Shown here piece by piece: positions 19,616 through 30,910 of a DNA stretch of 64,000 nt; the first letter of the stretch is position 1, and the number at the start of each line of letters is the position of its first letter. The stretch is taken from IMG/VR virus record IMGVR_UViG_3300034062_006335; one strand, given 5' to 3'. This stretch comes from an uncultured virus (IMG/VR IMGVR_UViG_3300034062_006335) (taxonomy: Duplodnaviria > Heunggongvirae > Uroviricota > Caudoviricetes). Made by a program: the position numbers and the translations under genes. Under the pieces are notes generated by a model, which saw only the letters and a list, made by a program, of their open reading frames with translations, was not told the origin of the DNA and ran no database searches.

Positions 19616-20758
19616 TTATGCTCTATTAATTTTGAAGAAACCATAACCGTACCTCTCCATATCTCCAATGTTATCTACCTCCCCAAGTCTTTGGAGTTGT
19701 TCAAACGCTGTGTATTTCCCCCTTTCTATAAAAACATCTGACTGTACTTCAGGGGCCATTACAAAATCCAAAAGGTATTCATTTTTTGTAATTGCTGATG
19801 CAACTATGTCGTTTGCGGTAATACCACTACTATTAACAACATAGAAAGTTTTTCCATTAGATAAATCGTAATAGTCAATATTATTTATTGTGTATCCTGT
19901 AAAGTCAGGAGTCATTGTATTTATTTGACCAAAAACCTGATTGTTTTTCGAAAAAACATATCCAACAGTATAAGGGTTTGGTCCATATCTTTTAAGGTCT
20001 AACAATCTTGATGTAGTATACCCTGAGACAACAAAAGGTACCGTAGTCCAATTGCTTGACTGTTGGTATTGTACACTTATGTCTGAATCTAAATCATAAA
20101 TGTAATTATAGGATAATGGAGTATTGGCCCAACTACCTTGTTGTGGTGTAAAAACAATATTCCCACTTGGATTTGGTACATTTGCCAATTGGTAAGGTAT
20201 TGTAACAGGTTTTTGAATTACTGTAACTCCCCAAGGATTTGACCCCGAAAGAGTTATCGTAAAGTTTCCTGTGTTAATGTAATTATGATTTATAGTTGTA
20301 GAAGTTAAACTATCAATTGGTGAACCATCTCCCCAATCTACACTGTATGTTGTAAAATCTAAATAACTTACTGTAAAGTCACCTGAAGTATTATATAGTG
20401 TAATTAAGTTAGTATTGTTAATGTTTGTTCCAGAAAACAAAAAGTTTGTAACAATATCTTTTTGATACATCAATCCATCAAACTCAGAATAAAACCCAAT
20501 ATCATTATAAGTTTGATTAAATAATATTGGTATTGTAAGACCTGTTAAAAGAGACGAGCCATTTGTACCACCACTTAAAATGTAAGATAGACCAGAGTAT
20601 GTTATTACTGTTTGTGTGTTCGCAGTATATGGTGTGCTTGGTGTAATACATTCGTTTTCACCTAAAGCGTAAATTGTACTTGCCGTATATACGGTAGTTA
20701 ACAAATCTGATGACAGATTTTCAGGAGAAACAACTATACTATATTTTTCAGCTTCCAT
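19616..20758 (-). CDS. Structural protein with PKD (Ig-like) domain
   Basis: YSVDWGDGS..INHNYINTGNFTITLSGSN. Confidence 0.65.
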   Translation of the reverse strand: MEAEKYSIVVSPENLSSDLLTTVYTASTIYALGENECITPSTPYTANTQTVITYSGLSYILSGGTNGSSLLTGLTIPILFNQTYNDIGFYSEFDGLMYQKDIVTNFLFSGTNINNTNLITLYNTSGDFTVSYLDFTTYSVDWGDGSPIDSLTSTTINHNYINTGNFTITLSGSNPWGVTVIQKPVTIPYQLANVPNPSGNIVFTPQQGSWANTPLSYNYIYDLDSDISVQYQQSSNWTTVPFVVSGYTTSRLLDLKRYGPNPYTVGYVFSKNNQVFGQINTMTPDFTGYTINNIDYYDLSNGKTFYVVNSSGITANDIVASAITKNEYLLDFVMAPEVQSDVFIERGKYTAFEQLQRLGEVDNIGDMERYGYGFFKINRA

Positions 20759-21600
20759 TATGGATTAACATATTCATACCACATTATGGCTTCAGTAGCC
20801 AAAGGTCCTTCCCCCTTTCTTGTAAGTGCAGGACTTTCTTTATAAACTTTATATTCGTAATTGTTATAATCAAAATCTACTTTGTAATAAAAAAACAACT
20901 CTTTATCAAAATTGTACGCACCTCCACCAACAAAACTTGATTGAGGTTCATTCATCATTCTTACAAACTGACCTTTTTTTGCGTTAAAAAACTTACAGGT
21001 CATGTAAAAAGTAGTCTGATTTATATAACTAGTATTCTTTAACCAATAATAAAAGAAACCTTCTTTATCTGCACCCACATAGTCTAAAACGTATTTAGGT
21101 TTTTTAACTTGTACTGTTGTTGGGTTAAGTGCCGGTCCAATTGTTCCAGGTTCTTTTAATCCTTGTTGAGTTGGTAATATTACACTAAAAAGAATTTTTT
21201 GATTTTCGTTAATTTTTGTATCATAGAAATCCAATTTGAAAAATGAACCTTTAAAAGAATTAGAAAAATAATATATTTCAGAATTTGTAAATGTCGCATA
21301 TTCATAGTCGTCCAACCAATCGGTTGAGCTTGGTGGATTTGTAATAAAATCTGTTGGTGATTGTGGATTAAAAAAATTAAACTGATAATAAATTTCTGTT
21401 TTATCGGGATTATTGTCCCAAGGTGCGTGAGCAAATCTTGTGATTTCAAAATCATCAACTCCATTAATTATATCTTGTATAATTTCATTTTCAAAACTTT
21501 CAACCCCTTGGTCTCTACCTTCCATGTCGAATTTGATTTCGATAGGAATATTGATTTCTTGGTCATTAACATTCAAAGTAAATCTATAATGGTTACTCAC
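20758..21600 (-). CDS. Putative baseplate structural protein
   Basis: Overlaps both neighbours; assignment from context only. Confidence 0.5.
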   Translation of the reverse strand: MSNHYRFTLNVNDQEINIPIEIKFDMEGRDQGVESFENEIIQDIINGVDDFEITRFAHAPWDNNPDKTEIYYQFNFFNPQSPTDFITNPPSSTDWLDDYEYATFTNSEIYYFSNSFKGSFFKLDFYDTKINENQKILFSVILPTQQGLKEPGTIGPALNPTTVQVKKPKYVLDYVGADKEGFFYYWLKNTSYINQTTFYMTCKFFNAKKGQFVRMMNEPQSSFVGGGAYNFDKELFFYYKVDFDYNNYEYKVYKESPALTRKGEGPLATEAIMWYEYVNP

Positions 21601-23344
21601 AGTTATCGTTTGTTAAATTGTTTATCAAAGTAGTATTAACTTTTGTTGTTCTTTGAATTGGTTTTTGAAGTAATAGTATATCCTGAAATGGGTAGTGAGC
21701 TCCATTTATAAATGGGTAGTCCAACCCTAATCCGTCACCATCAATATATCCATAAGTGTATAGGTCTTTCCAAAAAAATGTATTCTCATATGTTGAAAAC
21801 CAAGCGTAGTTTGGGATATTATCCACGTCTTCGGGATTACCAAACTCTAAATAATCACTAAACACTCTAATTTTTATAGAGTGGTGTGGTTCATATACAT
21901 ATCCACTTGGGTAATTTGGGGTCGCCGTATCATAAAAGTATGAATTGTTAAATGAATATTTGTGATACATTTTAGAAATAACATATTCCTGTTGTTCGAT
22001 ATTGTTGTATTCACAAAAGTCACCCTTGATTATATCACCATCTTTCAAAAAGTCATTAAAGTAAAAAAATTGTCCACTACCCGATGGAAATTCATAGTTA
22101 CCCAAAGGGATGGAATCTTTATTGTTGGTCGAAGAATGGTCCCACCATGTATCAATAGAATTTTCTAAAAAGTTGAACCCCCATCCGATATCGATTGCGG
22201 TTTGTTGGTTAAATTGGTTTATTGCTGGCGGATTAAACCAACCCATATAACCTCTTTGTATCATTGTAAAAAACAATTCAGTTATTGGTTTTCCGTTATT
22301 ATCTTTGAACCCTGATATTGATATATCTTTATTGATTGTGTATGAAAAAGTTTTAGAACCTTCTTTCATCGACACTCTTTGTACTTTATTTGGTGTAAGT
22401 GCAGAGTATTCTAATTTTGTTTTGGTACTAAATGGATTGTTTTCAAAACCAGCTTGTGATATGTTACAATCAGATATATTAGTTATGATTTTGTGTAGTC
22501 TAACGTAGTACAATGACTTTGATTCTGAAACATTACTTATATTAACAATTCTTTTGAAAGTACCCATAGTACCTGTTGTGGTTTGCGCCGATGGAAACTT
22601 CAAATCATAAATTGCAAAAACATTATCTTCTGTTCCATAATTTCCATCACCCAAGAGATAAACTTGAAAAATTGTTTTACCCCCAAGTCCTGTTGGATTT
22701 GATGGGATATTTAATTCTACGTAATCACCAACACTCAGATTGTGAATTGTTCCACAATAAAAATATACCAAGTTTTTCCCATTAAAAGAATTTGTGTCAA
22801 TAACAAATGGTATACCGTCACCCGCTATGAAATTGTTAGTTACATTGTATGTTTCATTTGTAGATGACATCAATTGTTGTGTATCACTACTGAAAGGGTA
22901 AGACACATAACAAGACCAGTTATATGTTGTTGAACTTTTTGGTACAAATGGTACATGACCTGTTATACCTGAAGTTCTCAAAACTATAAATTCATCAAAC
23001 TGTGGGTAACCTTCCCAAGCAACATTAGGGTTTGGTGGTATATTTGAAGTCGCGTTTGCAATTGCATTTGTATAGTATAGTGAATTTCTGTACGGAGTAT
23101 AAGTCGTTTTACCACTTACAGAATTTTGAAATATATTTGTAATTTTACCTGAAATTCTAAAAACATCACTATTTTGTCTTTCTTGGTTGAATTGTTCTTC
23201 TAAGTTGATAGTTCTTGTTCTATCACCCTCAACCATAGTTCTTCTGTCCCCGATTAAAGGAGCTTGAATCCAAACGTCTTTGTCCGTGTTAGAAGCAAAC
23301 CTTTTAGAACCTAAAACAATTAATATTTCATCACTATTAGACAT
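21593..23344 (-). CDS. Putative baseplate structural protein
   Basis: Context; contains HNLSVGDYVEL beta-barrel-type motif. Confidence 0.5.
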   Translation of the reverse strand: MSNSDEILIVLGSKRFASNTDKDVWIQAPLIGDRRTMVEGDRTRTINLEEQFNQERQNSDVFRISGKITNIFQNSVSGKTTYTPYRNSLYYTNAIANATSNIPPNPNVAWEGYPQFDEFIVLRTSGITGHVPFVPKSSTTYNWSCYVSYPFSSDTQQLMSSTNETYNVTNNFIAGDGIPFVIDTNSFNGKNLVYFYCGTIHNLSVGDYVELNIPSNPTGLGGKTIFQVYLLGDGNYGTEDNVFAIYDLKFPSAQTTTGTMGTFKRIVNISNVSESKSLYYVRLHKIITNISDCNISQAGFENNPFSTKTKLEYSALTPNKVQRVSMKEGSKTFSYTINKDISISGFKDNNGKPITELFFTMIQRGYMGWFNPPAINQFNQQTAIDIGWGFNFLENSIDTWWDHSSTNNKDSIPLGNYEFPSGSGQFFYFNDFLKDGDIIKGDFCEYNNIEQQEYVISKMYHKYSFNNSYFYDTATPNYPSGYVYEPHHSIKIRVFSDYLEFGNPEDVDNIPNYAWFSTYENTFFWKDLYTYGYIDGDGLGLDYPFINGAHYPFQDILLLQKPIQRTTKVNTTLINNLTNDNCE

Positions 23345-26300
23345 CTTGGTTCAAAATATATTTTTTGATATAAGTGTTTATTGAAGTTTTGCCGACATTT
23401 AATCCAAAATAAAAATGGTAAGGGGCACCAACTAAGAATGATATGGACTGTCCTTGTGGGAACGCTTCATCAGTCGCACCTGCGGGTGTTGAATTATAAA
23501 TGTAACCTCTTTTACCTGTATTTAAATTATTAAAATATTGTGAGAATGGTGCCTGACTGAAACTTAGTGCTTGGTATTTTTGTTTATAAAAACCAGTTCC
23601 AATTAGATTGGTATTCCAATTATTAGTATCTGAACCAAAAATTGTAGGGACTTGTTGTTGGTTTAGTTGCCATTGATAAAATGGTACTTCTTGGGTTTTT
23701 GGAAACCCATAAAAATTAGTTAGTTGTGGTGTAAATGTTGTAATACCAGGACTAACAACTATTCTATTTTCTGTTGATGATGTAAAAAATACACCTAAAG
23801 TTGCGGGACCTGATGTTGATATGTATACATCACCAGTTCCATCGTATTCATCTTCACTAAACCCTGCAACTCCAAATTCAGAATTTATACTGAAAAGTTG
23901 TGTTATATCTCCGTCTAACCTGTCACCAGTTCTTGAAAACATTTTATTTATCGATGCGTCTCCTAATCCTACTAACTGACTTAAAAAATTTGTATTTATT
24001 AATCTTGATATAATAAATAACTGAAGTAAGTCCGATGTGTCTTGATAAGATGTGGATTTAATTAAATCAATAATATATCCTTGAAACTGTGGGTTTGCAC
24101 AAATTTGTTGGGTAAACTCGTCACGAGGTCCTAAGTCCATTATTGTAGTTGGGAACATAATATTTCTATCATTAACCGCATCAAAATTAACAGGTTGTAT
24201 TGTTGGATTTGTAAAAGTTCCTTGTTGTGGTATTTGACCAACAAAATCGGTTCCGTTGTAAGGAGTTGCTCTGTAAAAAAATGAATTTGTTGACCCTGAT
24301 GTGTAAAATATAGGTCCTTGCCCTGGTCTTGTGGTTGAGTCGTATGTACCACAAAACTTATATTTTTTTGGTTGTCCTATTATAGAAAAGGTAGTTTGTT
24401 TTTTGAATGAGAACATGTACAACGAACCATTAACCCAATTGTTTTGAAATACATGAGAAAAAATTCCTCTACACGCCCCAAACATCATTCTAAATCTTGA
24501 TTTCCATTCTGAAAAATTTTGTAAATCTTTTCCAATAGAAACTAAATAAGGTTTTTGTATAAACTGATAACAACCTGATTTTACTCTAACAGGATTTTCA
24601 TTATCAGGACAAGGTGTTTCAACAGTAAAACTATTTGTTACAGGGTCTACTTCATAACATTTTAAAGGTACCATACCCGCACAATCAAATGTTGACAATA
24701 CACTACTCGCTTGTGTTGGGGGGCCATCAGGACTTAAATCTTGGGCATTATTTGTGGTATCGGTAGGTTGCATCGCAAAAGTAGAAAGAGGTCCCGATGT
24801 ATTCAGTACGTAAATACCAAAATTATCGTTTTGATGTAATAAGTGTGATATTCCACCAAATACCTGTGTTTTATCAGAAGTTGGTAATCTATCTGACCTC
24901 ATTACTAATTTAGGGTTTGGTCCTGAGATAGATACAAATAATGATGAGTTTGTTACGTGATAAGCCGGTGAGTAATTTCTACCATTGTAACTACTTAGTG
25001 AATTTACATTATTATTTGGTTGTAAACTTTGAGCCATAAGAGAACCGCCTTCAACATTACCTTGATATGTTGTGTCATAAAATCTTAATGTTTGGGTACT
25101 GTCTCCATTATCATTTACAACACCCCCATTAGTATAATCCCCAATATCTAAACCGCCCGCTGAAGTGTAACCAATACCTCTCGATTTATCCATGGATGAA
25201 TAAAACCTTATTGCTGTTGACGTTACCGCACTAAATAGTGAGTTATCAACTTGAAAATTATAAGGTTGGTGATAAAGTTTAGACGTACTATATAAAACCA
25301 TATGAGACTCCGGTGACTTCGCATTAGTAACAAAAGTTGTGTCATTTGAGTTAGGTTGAACCGGTACATTCAAGTTAAAATTACCGTTTACTTTTACTGA
25401 ACCGTTAAATGATGGGTGACCAAAAAGTTTAGATAAATCATATGTAATATTTTGTGGGTCACTATACATATCAACACCTCTAACTAAAAATATAATTTCT
25501 AAATTTTTCCAAGTTTCACCAATTAGTGTTAATGGGTTTATTAGTTCTGTTCTATTAGTACCGTTAGACCCATTAGCGTCTTCGTAATAAATTAATTGAC
25601 GTTTATTTAAAAAATATTTTCTTAACAAGCTTGAAGTATCTCCGTGGTTTGCGGGATTTGGGACTTGTGATATTTTAGTACCTAACGCCAATAAATCCGC
25701 CTGATAAGTAGTCATACCTGTAATAACTTGAAAGTACTCCATACCCGTTTTAAATTCGTACTGTTTTTCTGCAGATGTACCTGATAATGCTACCGAAACT
25801 GTTTGGATGTTTCCATTAGTTGGATTTGCAAAAGTTATATTTGTTTGTGTTAGCGCAGTTGTACTTGTACCTGTAATTGAGTTGGACCCGAACTGATTTT
25901 GGTTTGTCAACCCTGAAATATTTATGTCTGTAATATTAGTTGGGTCATTAAATGTTACTATTGACCCAGATGATAATTGTGACGACACTCCTTGGTCAAC
26001 CAACAAAATTAACATGTTATCAAAAATAGGAGCACTTCCATTAATTGTTGTTTGAATTATATTAGGGGCTGTTGAATCAAAGTATCTTTCTTTTAAGTTA
26101 GCTAAATTCAAAGATTGTGAATAAGGGACATCTCTTTGAACTTTGAATCTATCACTAGAATAAACATTTACTATCGGCATCCCTATTTCAGGGGCGGTTG
26201 GATATCCAGCTATTCCGTATCTTATACCGTAACTATCCGCTTGGTATTTTTGATTTCTTTTTTGTTCATTACCGCTATAATCTTCAGGATTTAAAAAACA

Positions 26301-28373
26301 AAAATATGTTGGTCCAACAGGTGCAGGATTGGTATATCCACCTTGTTCTATTTGGTCACCACTATTGTCATAATTACAATTATTCACATTTACCGCATTT
26401 CCATAAAAATCATTGGAATTGATGTCGGCCAATTGTGAACCACTACTTCTTGAATTTACGGTATATTTACCAATTTTAGTACTTTGGGTTCCACCACCAC
26501 CAAATATACCACCTTGTATTTCTTCTGTCTCAATGTCAGGTATATCACAAGGACAAGCTTCACAGTCTGGATATGACATCATAGGTAAAGTCAAACCTTT
26601 AAAGTTAAACTTGGTTAACATCGGTGATACTTTAATTGCAAATATCGCAGCTGCTGCCGCAAAAATTATTGCAACAGCGAGGTATAATGCTATTAGACCA
26701 ACAGCCGGGAATGCCACTGCCGCCGCAATACCATATTGAATCGCAAAGTATAATAACAAACCAGGGAAAACTATAGCTATAACCCATTTTAATATTGGCC
26801 AAACAAGTGATAATAAGTGAAGAACAGGTATAAGTGCAACAAATATTGGACTAAAAATTGTAACAAGTAAATTAAATAAGAAAAATATAAAATCGAAATT
26901 TCTAACACCATCGTTAACCGGAAATCTGTTTGTGGTTGTGGTGCATCTTCTATCTGTTATTTCTTTTATGCCTAAATGTCTACTTCTATTAAACCCCCAC
27001 TTCCATCTGTCTATAAAGTTTGCAATTGTATAAACTTTATTATAATTCATTTCATAAAAACGGTCTTCACAATTAATCGCCTCTTGTATCATCTGTTGAC
27101 CTATTGATGTTGTAGAATCACCATAATCATCCCAATCCAAACTGAACGCATATGATTTAAGTTGTGCTGCTGACCCTGTCGGTGGATTTATACCTGTCCA
27201 CCCCCATTCTTTTATGTTGGGAACTAAATAGTCAGCCCTTAAAATATCATTATTTAAACCATTTTCATTTTGGTACTGTATTCTAAATCTATATTTACCC
27301 TTTGTTGGAATACCAACCGCAGGGTCATTTGACAAAATTTGTTCTCCAAATTCATTAGTGGTAACAAAATCTAAATTCATTGGTACTTCCACCAACCATG
27401 TACCATTATCATCAATTACTTTACCACCTTCAGGAAGTGAAAATTGTTCTAATATTGGTCTACCATTAACATCATAATTAATTGTTTGTCTAAGTGCTAA
27501 TATTGTTCCTCCCGCAGTTACTAAGTCACAAAGATTTCCTGAATCTTTTTTTGGTTTACAATTTGTTTTAAGAAAATCTTCTTCAGCTGTTGAAAATATT
27601 GACCCCATAAATATTGCATGAGGTTTAATATCTATACCAAAATCTCTTAAATCAAAATCCGCTCTTGTTATACCGATGTTACATAAATCAGTTTCACCCC
27701 AAAATGAAGTAACATCTATATTATTTTTAATATTTACTAACTGTGGTAAAGACCCTAAATCTGTTGATGATTTAAATTGGTCCCCATTAAATTGTTCGGG
27801 TCCTGCAAGTCCCGCTCTTATGAAATCTGCTGGTCTAAGTGAGAAGCACCCAATGTTAGATAAATCAACGTCTAAAACTAATGTTTGAATACCGAGAGGT
27901 GCTCCTACAATCATAAAGTCACCACTTTCATTTGTTTTTACTGTAAACTTGAAGTATTTTTCATAAACTTCCAATACTTCAGTTCTTTTAAGTACGTCTT
28001 CCCTATCAGGAAAAGTTCCTGTGGGTACATGTCCATCGTATTCTTTTCTATAAGGAAGAAGATTGTATCTATAACCGTCTTCGTTTTTTTCATCTACGTT
28101 TTTATAAGGATATAGGGTTGAAATTACAGGGTCATTTTCATCTATTTCATCTAAAGGTACAAATATTGAAACATTAGCGTTCGGAACTCCGTACCCTCCG
28201 TTGACAATAACTCGGCCGGCAACTACACCATAGTCGGCACAAAAACGTGTATATACATCTTCTTGTCTTAGTTTTAAAGACAAAATTTCTAAAAAATCAA
28301 AGTCTTGGTTTATGTCGACTCTGACGTTTCGGTCTGTTCCTATGGAGGTTCTTATTCTATAGCTTTTGCTCAT
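23337..28373 (-). CDS. 1678-aa virion-cluster protein with internal multi-pass hydrophobic segment
   Basis: N-terminal GVVAGRV..GVPNANVSIF (carboxypeptidase-regulatory-like beta sandwich); about 90 aa hydrophobic stretch followed by YPDCEACPC. Confidence 0.6.
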   Translation of the reverse strand: MSKSYRIRTSIGTDRNVRVDINQDFDFLEILSLKLRQEDVYTRFCADYGVVAGRVIVNGGYGVPNANVSIFVPLDEIDENDPVISTLYPYKNVDEKNEDGYRYNLLPYRKEYDGHVPTGTFPDREDVLKRTEVLEVYEKYFKFTVKTNESGDFMIVGAPLGIQTLVLDVDLSNIGCFSLRPADFIRAGLAGPEQFNGDQFKSSTDLGSLPQLVNIKNNIDVTSFWGETDLCNIGITRADFDLRDFGIDIKPHAIFMGSIFSTAEEDFLKTNCKPKKDSGNLCDLVTAGGTILALRQTINYDVNGRPILEQFSLPEGGKVIDDNGTWLVEVPMNLDFVTTNEFGEQILSNDPAVGIPTKGKYRFRIQYQNENGLNNDILRADYLVPNIKEWGWTGINPPTGSAAQLKSYAFSLDWDDYGDSTTSIGQQMIQEAINCEDRFYEMNYNKVYTIANFIDRWKWGFNRSRHLGIKEITDRRCTTTTNRFPVNDGVRNFDFIFFLFNLLVTIFSPIFVALIPVLHLLSLVWPILKWVIAIVFPGLLLYFAIQYGIAAAVAFPAVGLIALYLAVAIIFAAAAAIFAIKVSPMLTKFNFKGLTLPMMSYPDCEACPCDIPDIETEEIQGGIFGGGGTQSTKIGKYTVNSRSSGSQLADINSNDFYGNAVNVNNCNYDNSGDQIEQGGYTNPAPVGPTYFCFLNPEDYSGNEQKRNQKYQADSYGIRYGIAGYPTAPEIGMPIVNVYSSDRFKVQRDVPYSQSLNLANLKERYFDSTAPNIIQTTINGSAPIFDNMLILLVDQGVSSQLSSGSIVTFNDPTNITDINISGLTNQNQFGSNSITGTSTTALTQTNITFANPTNGNIQTVSVALSGTSAEKQYEFKTGMEYFQVITGMTTYQADLLALGTKISQVPNPANHGDTSSLLRKYFLNKRQLIYYEDANGSNGTNRTELINPLTLIGETWKNLEIIFLVRGVDMYSDPQNITYDLSKLFGHPSFNGSVKVNGNFNLNVPVQPNSNDTTFVTNAKSPESHMVLYSTSKLYHQPYNFQVDNSLFSAVTSTAIRFYSSMDKSRGIGYTSAGGLDIGDYTNGGVVNDNGDSTQTLRFYDTTYQGNVEGGSLMAQSLQPNNNVNSLSSYNGRNYSPAYHVTNSSLFVSISGPNPKLVMRSDRLPTSDKTQVFGGISHLLHQNDNFGIYVLNTSGPLSTFAMQPTDTTNNAQDLSPDGPPTQASSVLSTFDCAGMVPLKCYEVDPVTNSFTVETPCPDNENPVRVKSGCYQFIQKPYLVSIGKDLQNFSEWKSRFRMMFGACRGIFSHVFQNNWVNGSLYMFSFKKQTTFSIIGQPKKYKFCGTYDSTTRPGQGPIFYTSGSTNSFFYRATPYNGTDFVGQIPQQGTFTNPTIQPVNFDAVNDRNIMFPTTIMDLGPRDEFTQQICANPQFQGYIIDLIKSTSYQDTSDLLQLFIISRLINTNFLSQLVGLGDASINKMFSRTGDRLDGDITQLFSINSEFGVAGFSEDEYDGTGDVYISTSGPATLGVFFTSSTENRIVVSPGITTFTPQLTNFYGFPKTQEVPFYQWQLNQQQVPTIFGSDTNNWNTNLIGTGFYKQKYQALSFSQAPFSQYFNNLNTGKRGYIYNSTPAGATDEAFPQGQSISFLVGAPYHFYFGLNVGKTSINTYIKKYILNQDV

Positions 28374-28445
28374 CTACCTTTTGAAAATAAATAGTTATGT
28401 TACTTATTTTCTATATTAACATAGTTCAACTAAAAATAAATAAAG

Positions 28446-30284
28446 TTAGATGAAGTCTACTGTTTTTAAGTTCTTAACTCGAACTTTTATGTCTTTATTA
28501 TTGAATCTGATTTGATAAATTTGCGTTGGCTCCGCAAATATTGTGTCATCAATTAATTGTATTTCTTTTGTTGTCGTATCAACGTATCTTTGTGAAGTTT
28601 CAGATGTCGAATATAAACCTCCTACCTTATTGTATACTTTTAAATCAGATAAAGTTGTAACTCCAGCTGTATTTTGAATTAATCTTCTTACGTCTGAAAT
28701 ATTAACATTTTGACCTAACTCTCTATTCTCAGGAGACATATAGTTTGAAACTTCATTTATAATTTGAGTAATAACTTGACCTTGGCTTCTATCAGACTCT
28801 AAAACAACAAATATATCAAACTCCAAATCAATTACTTTTGCAACATCAATAGAAATATAGTCATTAATCATTCTGTATTTTGACAAGTAAGTTGCCAAAT
28901 TACTTTTTAGATTATTAGAAACGACTTGTGTTAATTTACCACTATCGTCGTAAGATAGTATTTGGATTGTTATTTTGTTATTGTTTTCTGTGATTGCAAC
29001 TTTTGCCGGTGCTCCAAACCTACCTGGCATCGTATCAATAATTGATTTATAATCATTAATAGTTACGGCTCTTTTTTGTGCGGCAAAATTAAAACTTACC
29101 ATGTTTCTAACTTCTTCAGTTGACGGTGGATTTGAACCACCAATTGCCGCAGTAACATTATTACTTTTTAATGAATTAACCACATTCGCGTTAATTGTTG
29201 CGGATGGTCCGTTTACCGCAAAATCTATAGTACCCACTTGATTTATTACACCAACACCTACGTTTGAAGCAAGTCCACCACCTATTCTATATTGTACAAA
29301 AATTGTTGTGTTTGGTTGTACAGTTAATCCTAAACCAATATTGTTTTGATAATTTGCCAAATCAAGTCTAATACCATCTCTTGCAAATTTTTCAAGTTGT
29401 TGGTTAGGTGTCGTGGTTCCTCCCCCAAATTGCAGCTTCATAAAACCTTCGGGTGTGTATTCAGTTACAAATCTATTGTCAGTTTTAATATACGTACCAA
29501 CTTTAACCCCTGCGTTGTCTGTAGGTTTGGTTGTGTCTTCTATGAATACGGTGTCTTCTGCCAATGCGTCAACCTCATACCACTTATTTGTTGAAGTGAC
29601 AAAGTCTTGGTAACCCGGTACGTTAGGATAACTTGTACCATCTTTTTGAATGACTCCGGTTACACCTAATACGTTTCTTTCAGGTAGAAAAAAGTTAAAA
29701 AACGGTACAACATCAGTGGGATTTATTACCCTTTTAAATACTTTAGTTGTTCCATTAACAACTACTTCTCTTTTTGTAATAATGTAGTTTATAATTTTAT
29801 TATTAGCGTCAAATGTTGGTATTTTAGTTCTATTAACAAAACCTTCCTGATTATATTGTGTTGAGAAATCAATATCATATACAGTTTCAAATGTAGTCCC
29901 TCCTCCGTTAAACTGCGAACCAGCTCTTAAAATACCTAAATACCTATAGTCTTCACTATCTCCAAGTGGTGGGACAGTAATAGAAAAATCAACTACAGCA
30001 ACAGATGGTCTAAATCCAGGTATTTTTAATCCATAAGTTCTTGCAATATTAAAAATTGAAGACCGTTGTTGTGCATATTGTAATACTGTTTCTTGAATAC
30101 TTCTATCCATATGAAAATGTAAGTTGTCCGCAACAGCCGCGTTCAAATCCATTAAAACTGAAAATATCGAGGCATCATTAAAGTTTTGTACTAAATCGGG
30201 GTAATATTGTTTTGTATAATCAATTAATCCCTGTCTAATCGATTCAAAATCTCTAGAAGTGTAATTTATTTTATTATTAGCCAT
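28446..30284 (-). CDS. Baseplate wedge protein (T4 gp6 / baseplate J-like)
   Basis: YTSRDFESIR..YYPD..NFNDAS, AQQRSSIFNIARTYG, YRIGGG..NVG, AQKRAVTINDY. Confidence 0.85.
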   Translation of the reverse strand: MANNKINYTSRDFESIRQGLIDYTKQYYPDLVQNFNDASIFSVLMDLNAAVADNLHFHMDRSIQETVLQYAQQRSSIFNIARTYGLKIPGFRPSVAVVDFSITVPPLGDSEDYRYLGILRAGSQFNGGGTTFETVYDIDFSTQYNQEGFVNRTKIPTFDANNKIINYIITKREVVVNGTTKVFKRVINPTDVVPFFNFFLPERNVLGVTGVIQKDGTSYPNVPGYQDFVTSTNKWYEVDALAEDTVFIEDTTKPTDNAGVKVGTYIKTDNRFVTEYTPEGFMKLQFGGGTTTPNQQLEKFARDGIRLDLANYQNNIGLGLTVQPNTTIFVQYRIGGGLASNVGVGVINQVGTIDFAVNGPSATINANVVNSLKSNNVTAAIGGSNPPSTEEVRNMVSFNFAAQKRAVTINDYKSIIDTMPGRFGAPAKVAITENNNKITIQILSYDDSGKLTQVVSNNLKSNLATYLSKYRMINDYISIDVAKVIDLEFDIFVVLESDRSQGQVITQIINEVSNYMSPENRELGQNVNISDVRRLIQNTAGVTTLSDLKVYNKVGGLYSTSETSQRYVDTTTKEIQLIDDTIFAEPTQIYQIRFNNKDIKVRVKNLKTVDFI

Positions 30285-30285
30285 A

Positions 30286-30828
30286 TTATATATTAATTAT
30301 TACAAAGTTTCTACTTCCAAATGCAGATGACTCATCTATGTATTCTATTTTTATTTTTGCAGTATAATCTGCAGTATTTGGTCCTGGTATTCTAATTATA
30401 TCATATTCGGGACTTTCCGTATCTATAAGTGTTTCACCCTTCTCAAGTAGTTCAAAAAACTCACCTGTACTAACAAAATCTTTAGGATTATAAGCAAGTC
30501 TTGGTCTAGGTTCTTGAGCGTCAGTTACTTCAGTGTATGGTATTATTGATATATTAGTAATCGTAAGATTTGGTATGTAAATTCTTACTTGTTCGTAAAT
30601 TTCATCTTTCATCGCATTAAACGTTTGAGCGTCCAATGGTTCAAAAATAAATTCATATAGTCTTGTTCCAAAATCCGGTAAATAATATCTTGTTCCTCTT
30701 CTTGTCAACAATAAATGTAGTAAGTTACTTTTTATTTCGTCGTCAGTATTTTCTGTTGCCCTTACATAACTACCGACAGGACTTTTTAAAAAAGGAAAAT
30801 GTAAACCATATGTAATTCCGTTTGCCAT
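30286..30828 (-). CDS. Baseplate wedge / sheath initiator (T4 gp25-like)
   Basis: IKSNLLHLLLTRRGTRYYLPDFGTRLYEFIFEP. Confidence 0.85.
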   Translation of the reverse strand: MANGITYGLHFPFLKSPVGSYVRATENTDDEIKSNLLHLLLTRRGTRYYLPDFGTRLYEFIFEPLDAQTFNAMKDEIYEQVRIYIPNLTITNISIIPYTEVTDAQEPRPRLAYNPKDFVSTGEFFELLEKGETLIDTESPEYDIIRIPGPNTADYTAKIKIEYIDESSAFGSRNFVIINI

Positions 30829-30874
30829 ATTACATAAATATAGTGTCGTGATATTTTCAATAAATAGTTATTAA

Positions 30875-30903
30875 ATAAAAAATCCCAACGATATGTTGGG
30901 ATT
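30875..30903 (-). terminator. Intrinsic terminator after nrdA
   Basis: Stem AATCCCAAC/GTTGGGATT plus T-run. Confidence 0.85.
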
Positions 30904-30910
30904 ATTAGAT

